This document shows, in pieces, positions 1 to 8,686 of a stretch of DNA of 64,000 nucleotides (position 1 is its first letter; each line of letters begins with the position of its first letter). The notes under the pieces are model-generated. The model saw only the letters and a list, made by a program, of their open reading frames with translations, searched no databases and was not told the origin of the DNA. A program made the translations under genes and the position numbers. The stretch lies in sequence record OZ196285.1; one strand, written 5' to 3'.

Positions 1-151
1 CTAAGTGCTTGCCAAGAACTCGTACACGCTACTTACGATGATGACACTCACTCTTTCGAATGTGTCGTCGAAACTGTTACACAAAACGGCACTGAAGTAG
101 ATGAGTTCAGCCTGAGCGCATCACACGTCGAAACTTATATGGGAATCTAAC

Positions 152-334
152 ATGACTACTATCGTATTACCATCTTACCTAAGTCACGTGATCGTCGATG
201 AAAACACTATCACCATCGACTCTGCACGCGATAAAGCATTAGTCGTTGACTGGCTTACAAGCAATAAAGCTAAGTTCACTATCACCACTAAAACAATCAG
301 CCGATGTGTTATACACGTAAAGAGACTCAAATGA
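152..334 (+). CDS. hypothetical early protein
   Basis: 60-aa ORF with GGGA RBS; overlaps next ATG. Confidence 0.7.
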   Translation: MTTIVLPSYLSHVIVDENTITIDSARDKALVVDWLTSNKAKFTITTKTISRCVIHVKRLK

Positions 335-714
335 ATATGAAAGGACTGCTGCAACAACTCAATAGCACTGAAGAAGCTATAGCTGATATGTTTGGTCTCG
401 ATGAACTATGGCATAAGCTAATAGACTGTACTGGCTACAAATTCACATTCAATATCTGTACTGATGATGTTAAAGATGCATATACAATTCGCAATCAAAT
501 AAGCGAAATCACATATGGCTTTAAAACAATACCTGATATCGATAAAGGCAATTGCTATAGCATTGAAGTATACGGCACTAGTGTATGGTTCGATGAAGAG
601 AAACGATATGTACTCGTCGTAGCCGACTCGAACGGCGAACAAAACATGTATCTCTTCGACATGCAGAACAACAACAATCAAGAAGAATCAGAATACATCG
701 AACAACAATACTAA
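331..714 (+). CDS. hypothetical early protein (acidic C-terminus)
   Basis: ORF 304..714; ATG at 331 overlaps upstream TGA. Confidence 0.7.
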   Translation: MNMKGLLQQLNSTEEAIADMFGLDELWHKLIDCTGYKFTFNICTDDVKDAYTIRNQISEITYGFKTIPDIDKGNCYSIEVYGTSVWFDEEKRYVLVVADSNGEQNMYLFDMQNNNNQEESEYIEQQY

Positions 715-723
715 AATAATTTC

Positions 724-772
724 AAAAAAAGCGCAAATAACCATTGCGCTTTTTTTTCGTCTGATGTACAAT
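724..772 (+). promoter_or_regulatory. terminator-like hairpin fused to sigma70 early promoter
   Basis: AAAAAAAGCGCAA/TTGCGCTTTTTTT inverted repeat; -35 TTGCGC 744-749, 17 bp, TG-TACAAT 767-772. Confidence 0.75.
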
Positions 773-803
773 AACTGCAAACAAGAGAACAAGAGATTGC
801 ATT

Positions 804-953
804 ATGCTTATCATATCTTCACTAGTGCTAACACTCATTGCTATAATGATGATAGTACAATCACTAAAGTCATTCAGCTTTATCATGTTCGCTCTAAGCG
901 CACTTATAGGCTTTATCGCTTATGTTCTACTAGGCATGGGGATGCTATCATGA
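804..953 (+). CDS. small two-helix membrane protein (49 aa, below ORF-track cutoff)
   Basis: Manual translation MLIISSLVLTLIAIMMIVQSLKSFSFIMFALSALIGFIAYVLLGMGMLS; ATGA overlap with next gene. Confidence 0.65.
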   Translation: MLIISSLVLTLIAIMMIVQSLKSFSFIMFALSALIGFIAYVLLGMGMLS

Positions 954-1120
954 TCGCACTCACTGTAATAATTGCTATCATGATAACGATTCTTCTGTTC
1001 GATAACTTCGATAGCATTCTCAATAGAACAGAACGACAAATACTACTGATCTTTCTCACTATCGCGTCTGTCATCAACATCGCTAATGTAGCTGTGTTAG
1101 TAAAATATGGAGTATCATAA
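950..1120 (+). CDS. small membrane protein
   Basis: Hydrophobic 3' part of ORF 764..1120; ATG 950 coupled to upstream stop. Confidence 0.65.
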   Translation: MIALTVIIAIMITILLFDNFDSILNRTERQILLIFLTIASVINIANVAVLVKYGVS

Positions 1121-1350
1121 TGAAAGCTCAATCTCAACTCACGGCTACTTGCGTCGATGTATGCTCACCGCGTATAGACAAACCAAGCTCAAATGAAACT
1201 CCTACTGGGCTCACTGTTGGCAAAGATTACGTCGTTCACATGTATAACGCCAACAATGATAACAATAAAGCTGAACCAATGATTCGTATCACTAACGATA
1301 ACAATCAACGTGCGTCATACGTCGCTAGACGCTTCAACATTAAGAGCTAG
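1120..1350 (+). CDS. hypothetical protein
   Basis: 76-aa ORF, TAATG coupling. Confidence 0.7.
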   Translation: MKAQSQLTATCVDVCSPRIDKPSSNETPTGLTVGKDYVVHMYNANNDNNKAEPMIRITNDNNQRASYVARRFNIKS

Positions 1351-1473
1351 TCGAAACTAAGAGCATCGTCGCTTAACACAGCTAACAGCTCTTAGAATCG
1401 CTGTCAGAAGCTCTCAGACGTGATTTTCTATAGAGCAAATGATAATGTTTTTAATATCACGCACCACGCCTCG

Positions 1474-1591
1474 TTATCCACAGCGTGTTGTGTATAACTA
1501 CTGAATAACTCTCAGTGAATTGTGGATAACTTATTGATAGTCTGAGAGTAAAACAGAAATCAGTGGATAAGTCTGTGGGCAATGTGGATAA
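1474..1591. promoter_or_regulatory. cluster of DnaA boxes
   Basis: TTATCCACA 1474-1482(+); TTATACACA 1489-1497(-); TTATCCACA 1521-1529(-) and 1583-1591(-); near matches 1562-1570 and 1574-1582; intergenic. Confidence 0.8.
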
Positions 1592-1786
1592 GAAAATACA
1601 GTTACAGAAATTGGTGGAGTGTCGTGCGCTCCGAGTAAGACAGAATTACTCAGAATAAGTCTAGATTGGCTGCGTTCAGTCGCGGATGGTAGACGATTTC
1701 GAAAAGGCGAAGACCACCCGCGGTAATGTCTAAGCACATCAAACAACATAAGTCAACCGATTCGAGAATGGTAGAGGATAATTGAA

Positions 1787-2374
1787 ATGAAGAAGATAAT
1801 TGAAGAGAAGTCGTTAGAGGCAGAGAAGTGCATCATTGACGTAGGTGAAGTGTACCCATGCCGAGTGCATAGCGGTGGTCACAATTACACTGGTCGTTTG
1901 CATCGTGTTAAGCATAGCGTATTGCCATTGACTGGTGATTTTGCAGCACCGATTTACTTGTTAGAGCATGGAGAGCATGTATCACGCTTGACTGAGTATG
2001 GTTTGAACGAGTTCAATGCTCAGAAGTCGCCTTCCGTTGAGTTAAAGGTTGATGGTGAGTGGTACAATTGCGTGTGGTCAAGTACGATGAATCGTTTGTA
2101 TTACATGCGCGTGCCGCCATCGAGAGAGAAGTTAGAGCCTTGTAAGGTTGGTGATCGATTATGGTTGAATCAGCGATTGGTATCTCATGCCGATTCTTCT
2201 CAGTTAATGCCGCAGGTTGAATCTAAAATCGTATTAGTGTACGATAAGCAGCTAGTAGTCGATGCAAAGGGTAAACTAGTGACATTTAGTTTAGCTGTGC
2301 AGCGTTCTAAGAGTATCGTGAGTGATTGCGGTGAATATGAATTAAGTCATGCCATGCATGTATCGAGTGAGTAA
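1787..2374 (+). CDS. paralogue family B protein (C-terminal S[DT]C motif)
   Basis: IVSDCGEYEL shared with 2904, 3481, 7534, 8105. Confidence 0.75.
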   Translation: MKKIIEEKSLEAEKCIIDVGEVYPCRVHSGGHNYTGRLHRVKHSVLPLTGDFAAPIYLLEHGEHVSRLTEYGLNEFNAQKSPSVELKVDGEWYNCVWSSTMNRLYYMRVPPSREKLEPCKVGDRLWLNQRLVSHADSSQLMPQVESKIVLVYDKQLVVDAKGKLVTFSLAVQRSKSIVSDCGEYELSHAMHVSSE

Positions 2375-2748
2375 TGAACAGAACAGCACGAAACACATTA
2401 CGCGTAGTAGCAAACGACATGCTATCAGAAGAGCGTGTATTGTCGAACAGATCAGCATTCAGTTGTATTCTATTGGCTAATCGTGTTCACAGAATACACT
2501 TGAACAGCGCATTAGGTGCAGTAGAAGAGAGTGATGCGCATGATTACGTTGAATCTCTTGGTAAGTTGTTTGTATCGTACGTCAAGTTGAATCCAGATGT
2601 GTTGGGATTTGAGTTGAATCAAATGCCACCAGCGCGTGGTGCATTTGTTCATATGTTTGCTACTTACGGTAAAGATGACGTGTACGACAGTGATGAGCGA
2701 TTTGTATTAGCTCGTAAAGCATGGTTAAAGTTCGTAACGGAACAATAG
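2374..2748 (+). CDS. paralogue family A protein
   Basis: FSC...FVH...RKAWLKF motifs. Confidence 0.75.
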   Translation: MNRTARNTLRVVANDMLSEERVLSNRSAFSCILLANRVHRIHLNSALGAVEESDAHDYVESLGKLFVSYVKLNPDVLGFELNQMPPARGAFVHMFATYGKDDVYDSDERFVLARKAWLKFVTEQ

Positions 2749-2757
2749 GAAAAGACA

Positions 2758-2904
2758 ATGGTAACTTGTGCAATTTTTTACATGGCTCGTGATATGAGCT
2801 ACGGCGACCGTCCTAGTGATTTATATCTTGGTACGGTTATGATTGATTTAGCGATTGTAGCGGGTATTGCTGCATTCGCATGTAAGCTAGTGGGGTTATA
2901 CTAA
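2758..2904 (+). CDS. small membrane protein (48 aa)
   Basis: Manual translation; GGA RBS; TAATG overlap with 2904. Confidence 0.55.
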   Translation: MVTCAIFYMARDMSYGDRPSDLYLGTVMIDLAIVAGIAAFACKLVGLY

Positions 2905-3491
2905 TGTACATAGTTGGTACAGAGAAGAAAGAAGTAACGACGCAGCATTTAGTGCCTGATGGTACCCTTGTGCGAGTTGAAGATCGTTACAAGAATCACA
3001 ATGGTAATTTGACTTTCATCAAGAAGGGTTCTTTGCATGGTGTTACTGAAGACATTTACCTTGTTGGTGATACGCGTCGCATTCACGTTATTGACAAATC
3101 GACTATTGATGGTCTAGGTAAGACTGGTGATACTATCATCAAAGCGCGAGTAACGGAACATGATTGGGTTAAGTGTATCAATCGCCAAGGTCGACTTGCT
3201 TATGAACAGACTGCATCTGATTTCGTTGACGCTTATACGCCAATTGAGATTGGTCTAAAAGTGCCGGTAAGTCGAAAGAACCCAGACGTAGCCTTTCAAG
3301 CTGAAGTCGTGTTCATCGGTGAAACTCAGTTCATTGTTCAGTCTGACGGTGCATTGTACATGTTCTCTGACATTGGTTTGCCAATTAAGGGTGCTATGCA
3401 GTCTGATTGTGGTATCTTGCAGTTAGGCGTGAAGTACAGTCGCAATAAATTCCCTGTATTGAGTGAAGAAGGTGCTGTCGATGCTACTTAA
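2904..3491 (+). CDS. paralogue family B protein
   Basis: MQSDCGILQL motif. Confidence 0.75.
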   Translation: MYIVGTEKKEVTTQHLVPDGTLVRVEDRYKNHNGNLTFIKKGSLHGVTEDIYLVGDTRRIHVIDKSTIDGLGKTGDTIIKARVTEHDWVKCINRQGRLAYEQTASDFVDAYTPIEIGLKVPVSRKNPDVAFQAEVVFIGETQFIVQSDGALYMFSDIGLPIKGAMQSDCGILQLGVKYSRNKFPVLSEEGAVDAT

Positions 3492-4038
3492 ACAACAAAA
3501 CACCGTGTCTGAGCGACATGTAGCTGTTGTACACTCAGGTGACAAAGTTCGAATGTTCTCTAGTGGTGAATGTTACGAAGGTAAGATTTACAATCTTGAT
3601 GAGCTTGATGGTAATCTTGATGATGTATTTGTAATTGCCACAGAGAAAGGGCCTATTACACTAGTGGTGAATGACAATGACAGCATTGCCGTGCATTCGC
3701 CATTGATTGGTGAGAACTGGACAATGACAGTTGAGCACTCGCCAACGGTGTGGTATACGTGTACTGTCAAGAATGGTGTAATTTGCTATTCGTACGTCAA
3801 AGACACGTCAGGTTTCGAGTACGTTGAGATTCAGACTGATCAAACGTTCGATATGGCTAGTGTAGGTACTCAAGCGAAGTTCGATGCTGCTGTTCGTCTA
3901 GTTAGTTCGAATCAACTTGTGCTTGAGCATGGTTTAACGAAACTGGTGATGTTCACGCTAGTTGGTAAGGGTGCTTTTAATGCTATTACCAGTGATTGCG
4001 GTAAGTACAGAATAAGAGGCGATTACAAAGTCTCATAA
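3481..4038 (+). CDS. paralogue family B protein
   Basis: ITSDCGKYRI motif; start may be 3463 or 3481. Confidence 0.75.
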   Translation: MLLKQQNTVSERHVAVVHSGDKVRMFSSGECYEGKIYNLDELDGNLDDVFVIATEKGPITLVVNDNDSIAVHSPLIGENWTMTVEHSPTVWYTCTVKNGVICYSYVKDTSGFEYVEIQTDQTFDMASVGTQAKFDAAVRLVSSNQLVLEHGLTKLVMFTLVGKGAFNAITSDCGKYRIRGDYKVS

Positions 4039-4046
4039 AACTACAA

Positions 4047-4083
4047 AAAAAGGGTTGCATTGTGCAGCCCTTTTCTGTATTCT
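4047..4083 (+). promoter_or_regulatory. terminator hairpin fused to sigma70 promoter
   Basis: AAAAGGGTTGCA/TGCAGCCCTTTT; -35 TTGCAT 4055-4060, 17 bp, TG-TATTCT 4078-4083. Confidence 0.75.
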
Positions 4084-4114
4084 ACGTAAATCGAAACGAA
4101 CAAGAGAACACTAT

Positions 4115-4504
4115 ATGACTATTTTAGAGCTATTTCAGAAGAAAGCACGTATGCTACTTGAAGACGAAGGGTTCCTATCTTCTATGAATCAGTACACTTG
4201 CCATGAAATGCGTGACTACGCGATTGACCATGCGTCTGTATCTGACTACTTGTCAATCTATGACGAAGTGCAAGCACTTGGTGATGGTTTCCGTAAATTG
4301 CTTCTTACTGCGCCAGTCTCTACGGTTGGTTTTGAACTGTCCACCAGCACTATCGAGATTCTTGAGAGTGACGGTTGTACTGCGTTTGTACACGCTCTGA
4401 CGTACGGTGGCGACGACGAGTGTATGACTGAAACTGAAGCAATGCGTCGATTCGTAACTGGTCGTAAAGCTTGGTTGAACTACATCATTAATGCAGAGGC
4501 ATAA
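4115..4504 (+). CDS. paralogue family A protein
   Basis: YTCHEM...CTAFVH...RKAWLNY; ATG 4115 follows leader motif. Confidence 0.8.
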   Translation: MTILELFQKKARMLLEDEGFLSSMNQYTCHEMRDYAIDHASVSDYLSIYDEVQALGDGFRKLLLTAPVSTVGFELSTSTIEILESDGCTAFVHALTYGGDDECMTETEAMRRFVTGRKAWLNYIINAEA

Positions 4505-4505
4505 T

Positions 4506-4877
4506 ATGACTACATTAGAGCTATTTCAAAAGAAAGCACGTGAGCTGATTCAAGACAAAGAGTTCTTGTGTGATGATAGCGCGTATTCTTGTCACATCAT
4601 GCGTGATTATGCCTCAAACAAATTGCCGTTCAATGATGCGCATCAATTGATCGACGAACTTGGTGATGAGTTTCGCGAGAAATTACTTGCTGATTCGGTT
4701 GGCTTAGTCGGCTTTATACTAAACGCAGATAGCCGTGCTGAATTGTCAGATGAAGAAGAGCCTTGTACTGCGTTCGTACACACCTCTAGCCAACTTTATA
4801 ATGGCGAATACTGTACTGAGCGTATGGCTGCTGCTCGCACAGCTTGGTTGCAATTCATCATCGATTACGAGGGATAA
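4506..4877 (+). CDS. paralogue family A protein
   Basis: YSCHIM...CTAFVH...RTAWLQF. Confidence 0.8.
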   Translation: MTTLELFQKKARELIQDKEFLCDDSAYSCHIMRDYASNKLPFNDAHQLIDELGDEFREKLLADSVGLVGFILNADSRAELSDEEEPCTAFVHTSSQLYNGEYCTERMAAARTAWLQFIIDYEG

Positions 4878-4878
4878 C

Positions 4879-5262
4879 ATGATCAATCTTATTTTCTTCA
4901 AAGAGAAAGCTACTGAGCTTCTTAGACAGACCCATCTCCATGAATTGCGCGATTACTACACGTGCATTGAAATGAAGAATCACGCCAGAGAACAATTATC
5001 ATGGGATGGTGAAGACGACTTGAATCGTGTTAGCAAAGACATGGACAAGTTAAACACCAAGTTTGTAAACGAGCTGAGATTCAATGCACTCGACACTATC
5101 GGGTTTATTCCCTGTCAAGACGCATATGACGCATTCGCTGATTTCAACTGTACTACGTTCGTACATGCGTGCGTAGAGGGTCTTAGTGGCGATGAGCGCA
5201 CAGAAAAATTTGCTCACGTGCGTCGAGTATGGTTACAATTCGTTATTGACTACGAGGAATAA
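4879..5262 (+). CDS. paralogue family A protein
   Basis: YTCIEM...CTTFVH...RRVWLQF; ATG 4879. Confidence 0.8.
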   Translation: MINLIFFKEKATELLRQTHLHELRDYYTCIEMKNHAREQLSWDGEDDLNRVSKDMDKLNTKFVNELRFNALDTIGFIPCQDAYDAFADFNCTTFVHACVEGLSGDERTEKFAHVRRVWLQFVIDYEE

Positions 5263-5264
5263 AC

Positions 5265-5663
5265 ATGGACGTTGAAATTATAGACGATAGCGACATCATC
5301 GAAATGAAAAGTCGCATTCTGGTAATTGCTCAAGAGCTTATAAAAGACCGCGACTCATTAGCCAAGATTAATTTTTACACTTGCCATGAATTCGAATGGG
5401 CTGCTCACTTACGTATGGATCGATTGCGCAAGCCTGCTGATGATCTAGTGCATGAACTTGGTCGTGGTTTTATCGATGCTGTACTAGCAGGTGACATTGA
5501 TCTAGGCTTTGTGCTAGAGCAAGGCGCCATTGATCTTCTTTCTAACAAGAATTGCACGAGATCGTTTGTGCATGTTATGAAGCGCGGTGGTCATGACTTC
5601 GTAGATATTCGCATTCGTTGGGTCCAGTACGTGATTGATACGCTTATCGCTGAAGTGAACTAA
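5265..5663 (+). CDS. paralogue family A protein
   Basis: YTCHEF...SFVH...RIRWVQY. Confidence 0.75.
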   Translation: MDVEIIDDSDIIEMKSRILVIAQELIKDRDSLAKINFYTCHEFEWAAHLRMDRLRKPADDLVHELGRGFIDAVLAGDIDLGFVLEQGAIDLLSNKNCTRSFVHVMKRGGHDFVDIRIRWVQYVIDTLIAEVN

Positions 5664-5719
5664 AAGGTTGCAGAGAGTGATACATTCGTGTATCATTCTC
5701 TTACTGACTTAACGGAGAA
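5663..5719 (+). repeat. 57-bp direct repeat copy 1: sigma70 promoter with TTCG-loop hairpin and RBS
   Basis: Identical to 6863-6919; TTGCAG 5668-5673, 17 bp, TATCAT 5691-5696; GAGAGTGATACA-TTCG-TGTATCATTCTC. Confidence 0.85.
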
Positions 5720-5724
5720 ATATT

Positions 5725-6330
5725 ATGAAATTTGAACAATACGAACTAGTCACCTCGATATCAAAAGGTGCTAATTCACGAGTAGCGGCAGGCGAAATTG
5801 GTACGATTGCATATGCTACTAACAGCGTTGTGTTTATCTACTGGCATAATCTAAAAAAGATTACGCGCCAAACATCAAAAGCGTTTAGCATTCAACGTGC
5901 GACATACTTCTCATCGATTGAAGTGTCACATGAAGAAGTTGATAACGCATATTCGGTGTACAAAGAGAAGGCGAACGCGAAGGCGAATATAGCTTTAGCT
6001 CAGAGACGCAATGTCAAGCGTATGTCAACTCAAGAAAAATCTCAAACGACTATTGTCGAAACACCGGCATTAGATACGCCATTAGGTGCAGTGAGCGCGT
6101 TGCTAAACGACGTTGAATTCACACCAATAGAGCAATCAATGATCTTAACTGGTATTATGAACATCCTCAAACGTTTCAATGATCATGCAAGCATTGATGG
6201 TACGTTATTTGTATCAGGGTCGGCTATTGATAAAGCCAATGAACTCTCAGCACAACTTGATGCTATTAATCGCAAACTAACAGAACTAGGCATCACGCCT
6301 GAACAATTGGCACACATGAGAGGTGACTAA
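5725..6330 (+). CDS. hypothetical early protein
   Basis: 201-aa ORF with GGAG RBS. Confidence 0.75.
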   Translation: MKFEQYELVTSISKGANSRVAAGEIGTIAYATNSVVFIYWHNLKKITRQTSKAFSIQRATYFSSIEVSHEEVDNAYSVYKEKANAKANIALAQRRNVKRMSTQEKSQTTIVETPALDTPLGAVSALLNDVEFTPIEQSMILTGIMNILKRFNDHASIDGTLFVSGSAIDKANELSAQLDAINRKLTELGITPEQLAHMRGD

Positions 6331-6864
6331 ATGAACAAATCAGTCAATGTCGTGCGTTCTCTAGCGGGTGTATACATGCCAACAACGTATGAACTTGCTC
6401 AGAACTTCTATGATGCTAATGTACAGCATTCAGATACGTATGTCGATTCGGTACGTCGAACGGTCGCTAAAGAGCTTCGCGAAGGTGTTGAGAGCGGGTT
6501 ATTGTCTCGTGTGCAAGGTAAGAAATTCATCGGCTCGACTAAATTCGCTCATCGTTATACGTGTCGAGACTACGCCAATAAAATCGGTCTAGTGAACATC
6601 GGGTATAAAGATACTCATGCACCGTCTATTCGAACTGGTGTTATTGCGCTCATTGAAAAGTGCATCGCAGAAATGGTAATTGACAAGACGTATCGACATA
6701 AGAAATTCACGTCTAACGCAAGTGGTGTATTGTCGGTGATGTCTTATATTCATGAGCAAAAGACTACAGCGGCACAAATGCTTGTTCATAGTCACGGTCG
6801 TACTCTTGAAAAAAACGTCAAGTATGTTGTTCGTAATCATCGCGGCATATTAGATGACAAATAA
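6331..6864 (+). CDS. hypothetical protein
   Basis: 177-aa ORF with GAGG RBS. Confidence 0.7.
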   Translation: MNKSVNVVRSLAGVYMPTTYELAQNFYDANVQHSDTYVDSVRRTVAKELREGVESGLLSRVQGKKFIGSTKFAHRYTCRDYANKIGLVNIGYKDTHAPSIRTGVIALIEKCIAEMVIDKTYRHKKFTSNASGVLSVMSYIHEQKTTAAQMLVHSHGRTLEKNVKYVVRNHRGILDDK

Positions 6865-6919
6865 AGGTTGCAGAGAGTGATACATTCGTGTATCATTCTC
6901 TTACTGACTTAACGGAGAA
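6863..6919 (+). repeat. 57-bp direct repeat copy 2 (promoter)
   Basis: Identical to 5663-5719, exactly 1200 bp downstream. Confidence 0.85.
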
Positions 6920-6924
6920 CGACT

Positions 6925-7302
6925 ATGAAACGCCAAGAGATTCTGAAACGCCTCAACTCTGCTGCCAAGACCTTGCTTAATGTCGAAGACATGCACGCTG
7001 ACACTAGCGAGTACAGTTGTTGTGTGCTGCAACGCCTTGTTGTTGACAGTGCTATTAGCGAGGGTATTAAGCTTAGACGTTTGCCAGTCATTAACTTGAC
7101 TGAAGAGCTTGGTTATCAGTTTCTATGTACAATCGTAGATTCGCCTGATAATCTTGGTCTAGATGTTGAAATCGAAGACCCGAAATCTGTCAGTACAGCA
7201 TTCGTGCATCATTTGTCGCTTGAGAACAACGTTATTCGCGAGTCAGTCTTTATTGCTTTACGTAAAGCTTGGTTAGAATTCGTCTCAACTTACGAGGGAT
7301 AA
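6925..7302 (+). CDS. paralogue family A protein
   Basis: YSC...TAFVH...RKAWLEF. Confidence 0.75.
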   Translation: MKRQEILKRLNSAAKTLLNVEDMHADTSEYSCCVLQRLVVDSAISEGIKLRRLPVINLTEELGYQFLCTIVDSPDNLGLDVEIEDPKSVSTAFVHHLSLENNVIRESVFIALRKAWLEFVSTYEG

Positions 7303-7306
7303 AAAC

Positions 7307-7534
7307 ATGTTTTTAAATTTTCTGATTTTCTATGGGCTGGTGGGCATACTAGCTTTTATCTACAACGTCTGCACAGACGCCATTGCCGAGTTCTATTTCA
7401 AAAAGCCGAACTCGACTTATTCACTACGCCATGCTGAGGTCTACAAGATCATTGCAATTGCATCTATTGCATGGCCCGTGGTCGCAGTGATTTACATTCG
7501 CGAGTTTATTCGTCCTTTACTGAGAAAAGTATAA
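7307..7534 (+). CDS. small membrane protein
   Basis: Two hydrophobic segments. Confidence 0.65.
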   Translation: MFLNFLIFYGLVGILAFIYNVCTDAIAEFYFKKPNSTYSLRHAEVYKIIAIASIAWPVVAVIYIREFIRPLLRKV

Positions 7535-8103
7535 TGAAAGTTATTCAGAATTCAAAGCCAGAAGAGCTATTAGTTGAAGTTGGTCAAGAACTGAAGTTAC
7601 GTGTAAATGCGTTTCTATCAGTCGATGTGATTCTTCATGATATGACCGACGTGCTTGGTGCAATTGACGGTAAGCCGCGCTACGTGATTTCATCACCAAA
7701 CAAGAATGACTTGAATCGAGTTGTTCTGAGCGAGTTCTACACGAAAGACGGTGACGTATACGGCTTCGATAACACGCGCATTCTAAGTGCTAGTTGCATG
7801 GTCGGTGATGTTCGTCAGCCGGTTTTCTTCAAGCATGGTGTATTGAAAGTGGTCAAGCCAGTTCTGCCAGAAGATGAACGCACTCATGAAATTGTCGTTG
7901 GTGATTCGTTCACTGGCAATTTAGATGGTCACGGTTATAACATCGCGTTTCATGTCATTCATGTTTCTCCGAACAGCATGACTCTATACAACAAAGTCTA
8001 TGGTCCGTTTAGCATTATGACGCCTGCTACAGGTGAAACATTAGAAAACCCTCAGAGTACGTGTAAAGCGTTCACGCTTGACGGTAAATTTAAGAGAGGT
8101 TAG
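7534..8103 (+). CDS. paralogue family B protein
   Basis: PQSTCKAFTL; TAATG coupling at 7534. Confidence 0.7.
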   Translation: MKVIQNSKPEELLVEVGQELKLRVNAFLSVDVILHDMTDVLGAIDGKPRYVISSPNKNDLNRVVLSEFYTKDGDVYGFDNTRILSASCMVGDVRQPVFFKHGVLKVVKPVLPEDERTHEIVVGDSFTGNLDGHGYNIAFHVIHVSPNSMTLYNKVYGPFSIMTPATGETLENPQSTCKAFTLDGKFKRG

Positions 8104-8104
8104 A

Positions 8105-8683
8105 ATGCACATTTACAGAGACGTAGAAACAAAGACAACAGCTCAGGTTAAAGTCGAGCTAGATGATGTCATGTGCGCTACTATTCAGTTTGACAATCGT
8201 ACCGTTACGGGTCAATTGACTACAGCTATGCTTGGTGAGGTGTCTTTGCCTCTAGTGATTACTGACGACAACGAAGCAATCGTGTTTTCGTTAGACTCGA
8301 ATTACATGTACCCGCGTGCTAACAACAAGCCGTATAAAAAGCTATTGCTTCAGTTCAAGAGCATCGCAGGGACTTATGCCGCATCTATCACACCCGATGG
8401 CATTACCGTTTGTCGTCCCGTCGCTCATACGAATAAAGACTGGTGTACTGTAAACACGGGTGGTAACAAAGAGATCATGGTTGTTCTTGGTGCGGCTAAT
8501 GAGACGATGAAGTGTGACGTTGTATTTGCTTCGCATCGTTCAATTGCAGTACGTACGCCTACGGGAACGATATTAGCATTCAATTTACCATATGGCGAAC
8601 CAACTGCCGTAAATTTACGCAGCACATGCCGTAATTATTACTTGCTTGATGCTGTACGTACAAGCGAACCAGAAAAGGGTTAA
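8105..8683 (+). CDS. paralogue family B protein
   Basis: LRSTCRNYYL; GAGG RBS. Confidence 0.7.
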   Translation: MHIYRDVETKTTAQVKVELDDVMCATIQFDNRTVTGQLTTAMLGEVSLPLVITDDNEAIVFSLDSNYMYPRANNKPYKKLLLQFKSIAGTYAASITPDGITVCRPVAHTNKDWCTVNTGGNKEIMVVLGAANETMKCDVVFASHRSIAVRTPTGTILAFNLPYGEPTAVNLRSTCRNYYLLDAVRTSEPEKG

Positions 8684-8686
8684 AAC

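Noticed and set aside
764-949. N-terminal half of ORF 764..1120
   Set aside because: The ATG lies inside the -10 box; the region is better explained by the 804..953 membrane ORF in another frame
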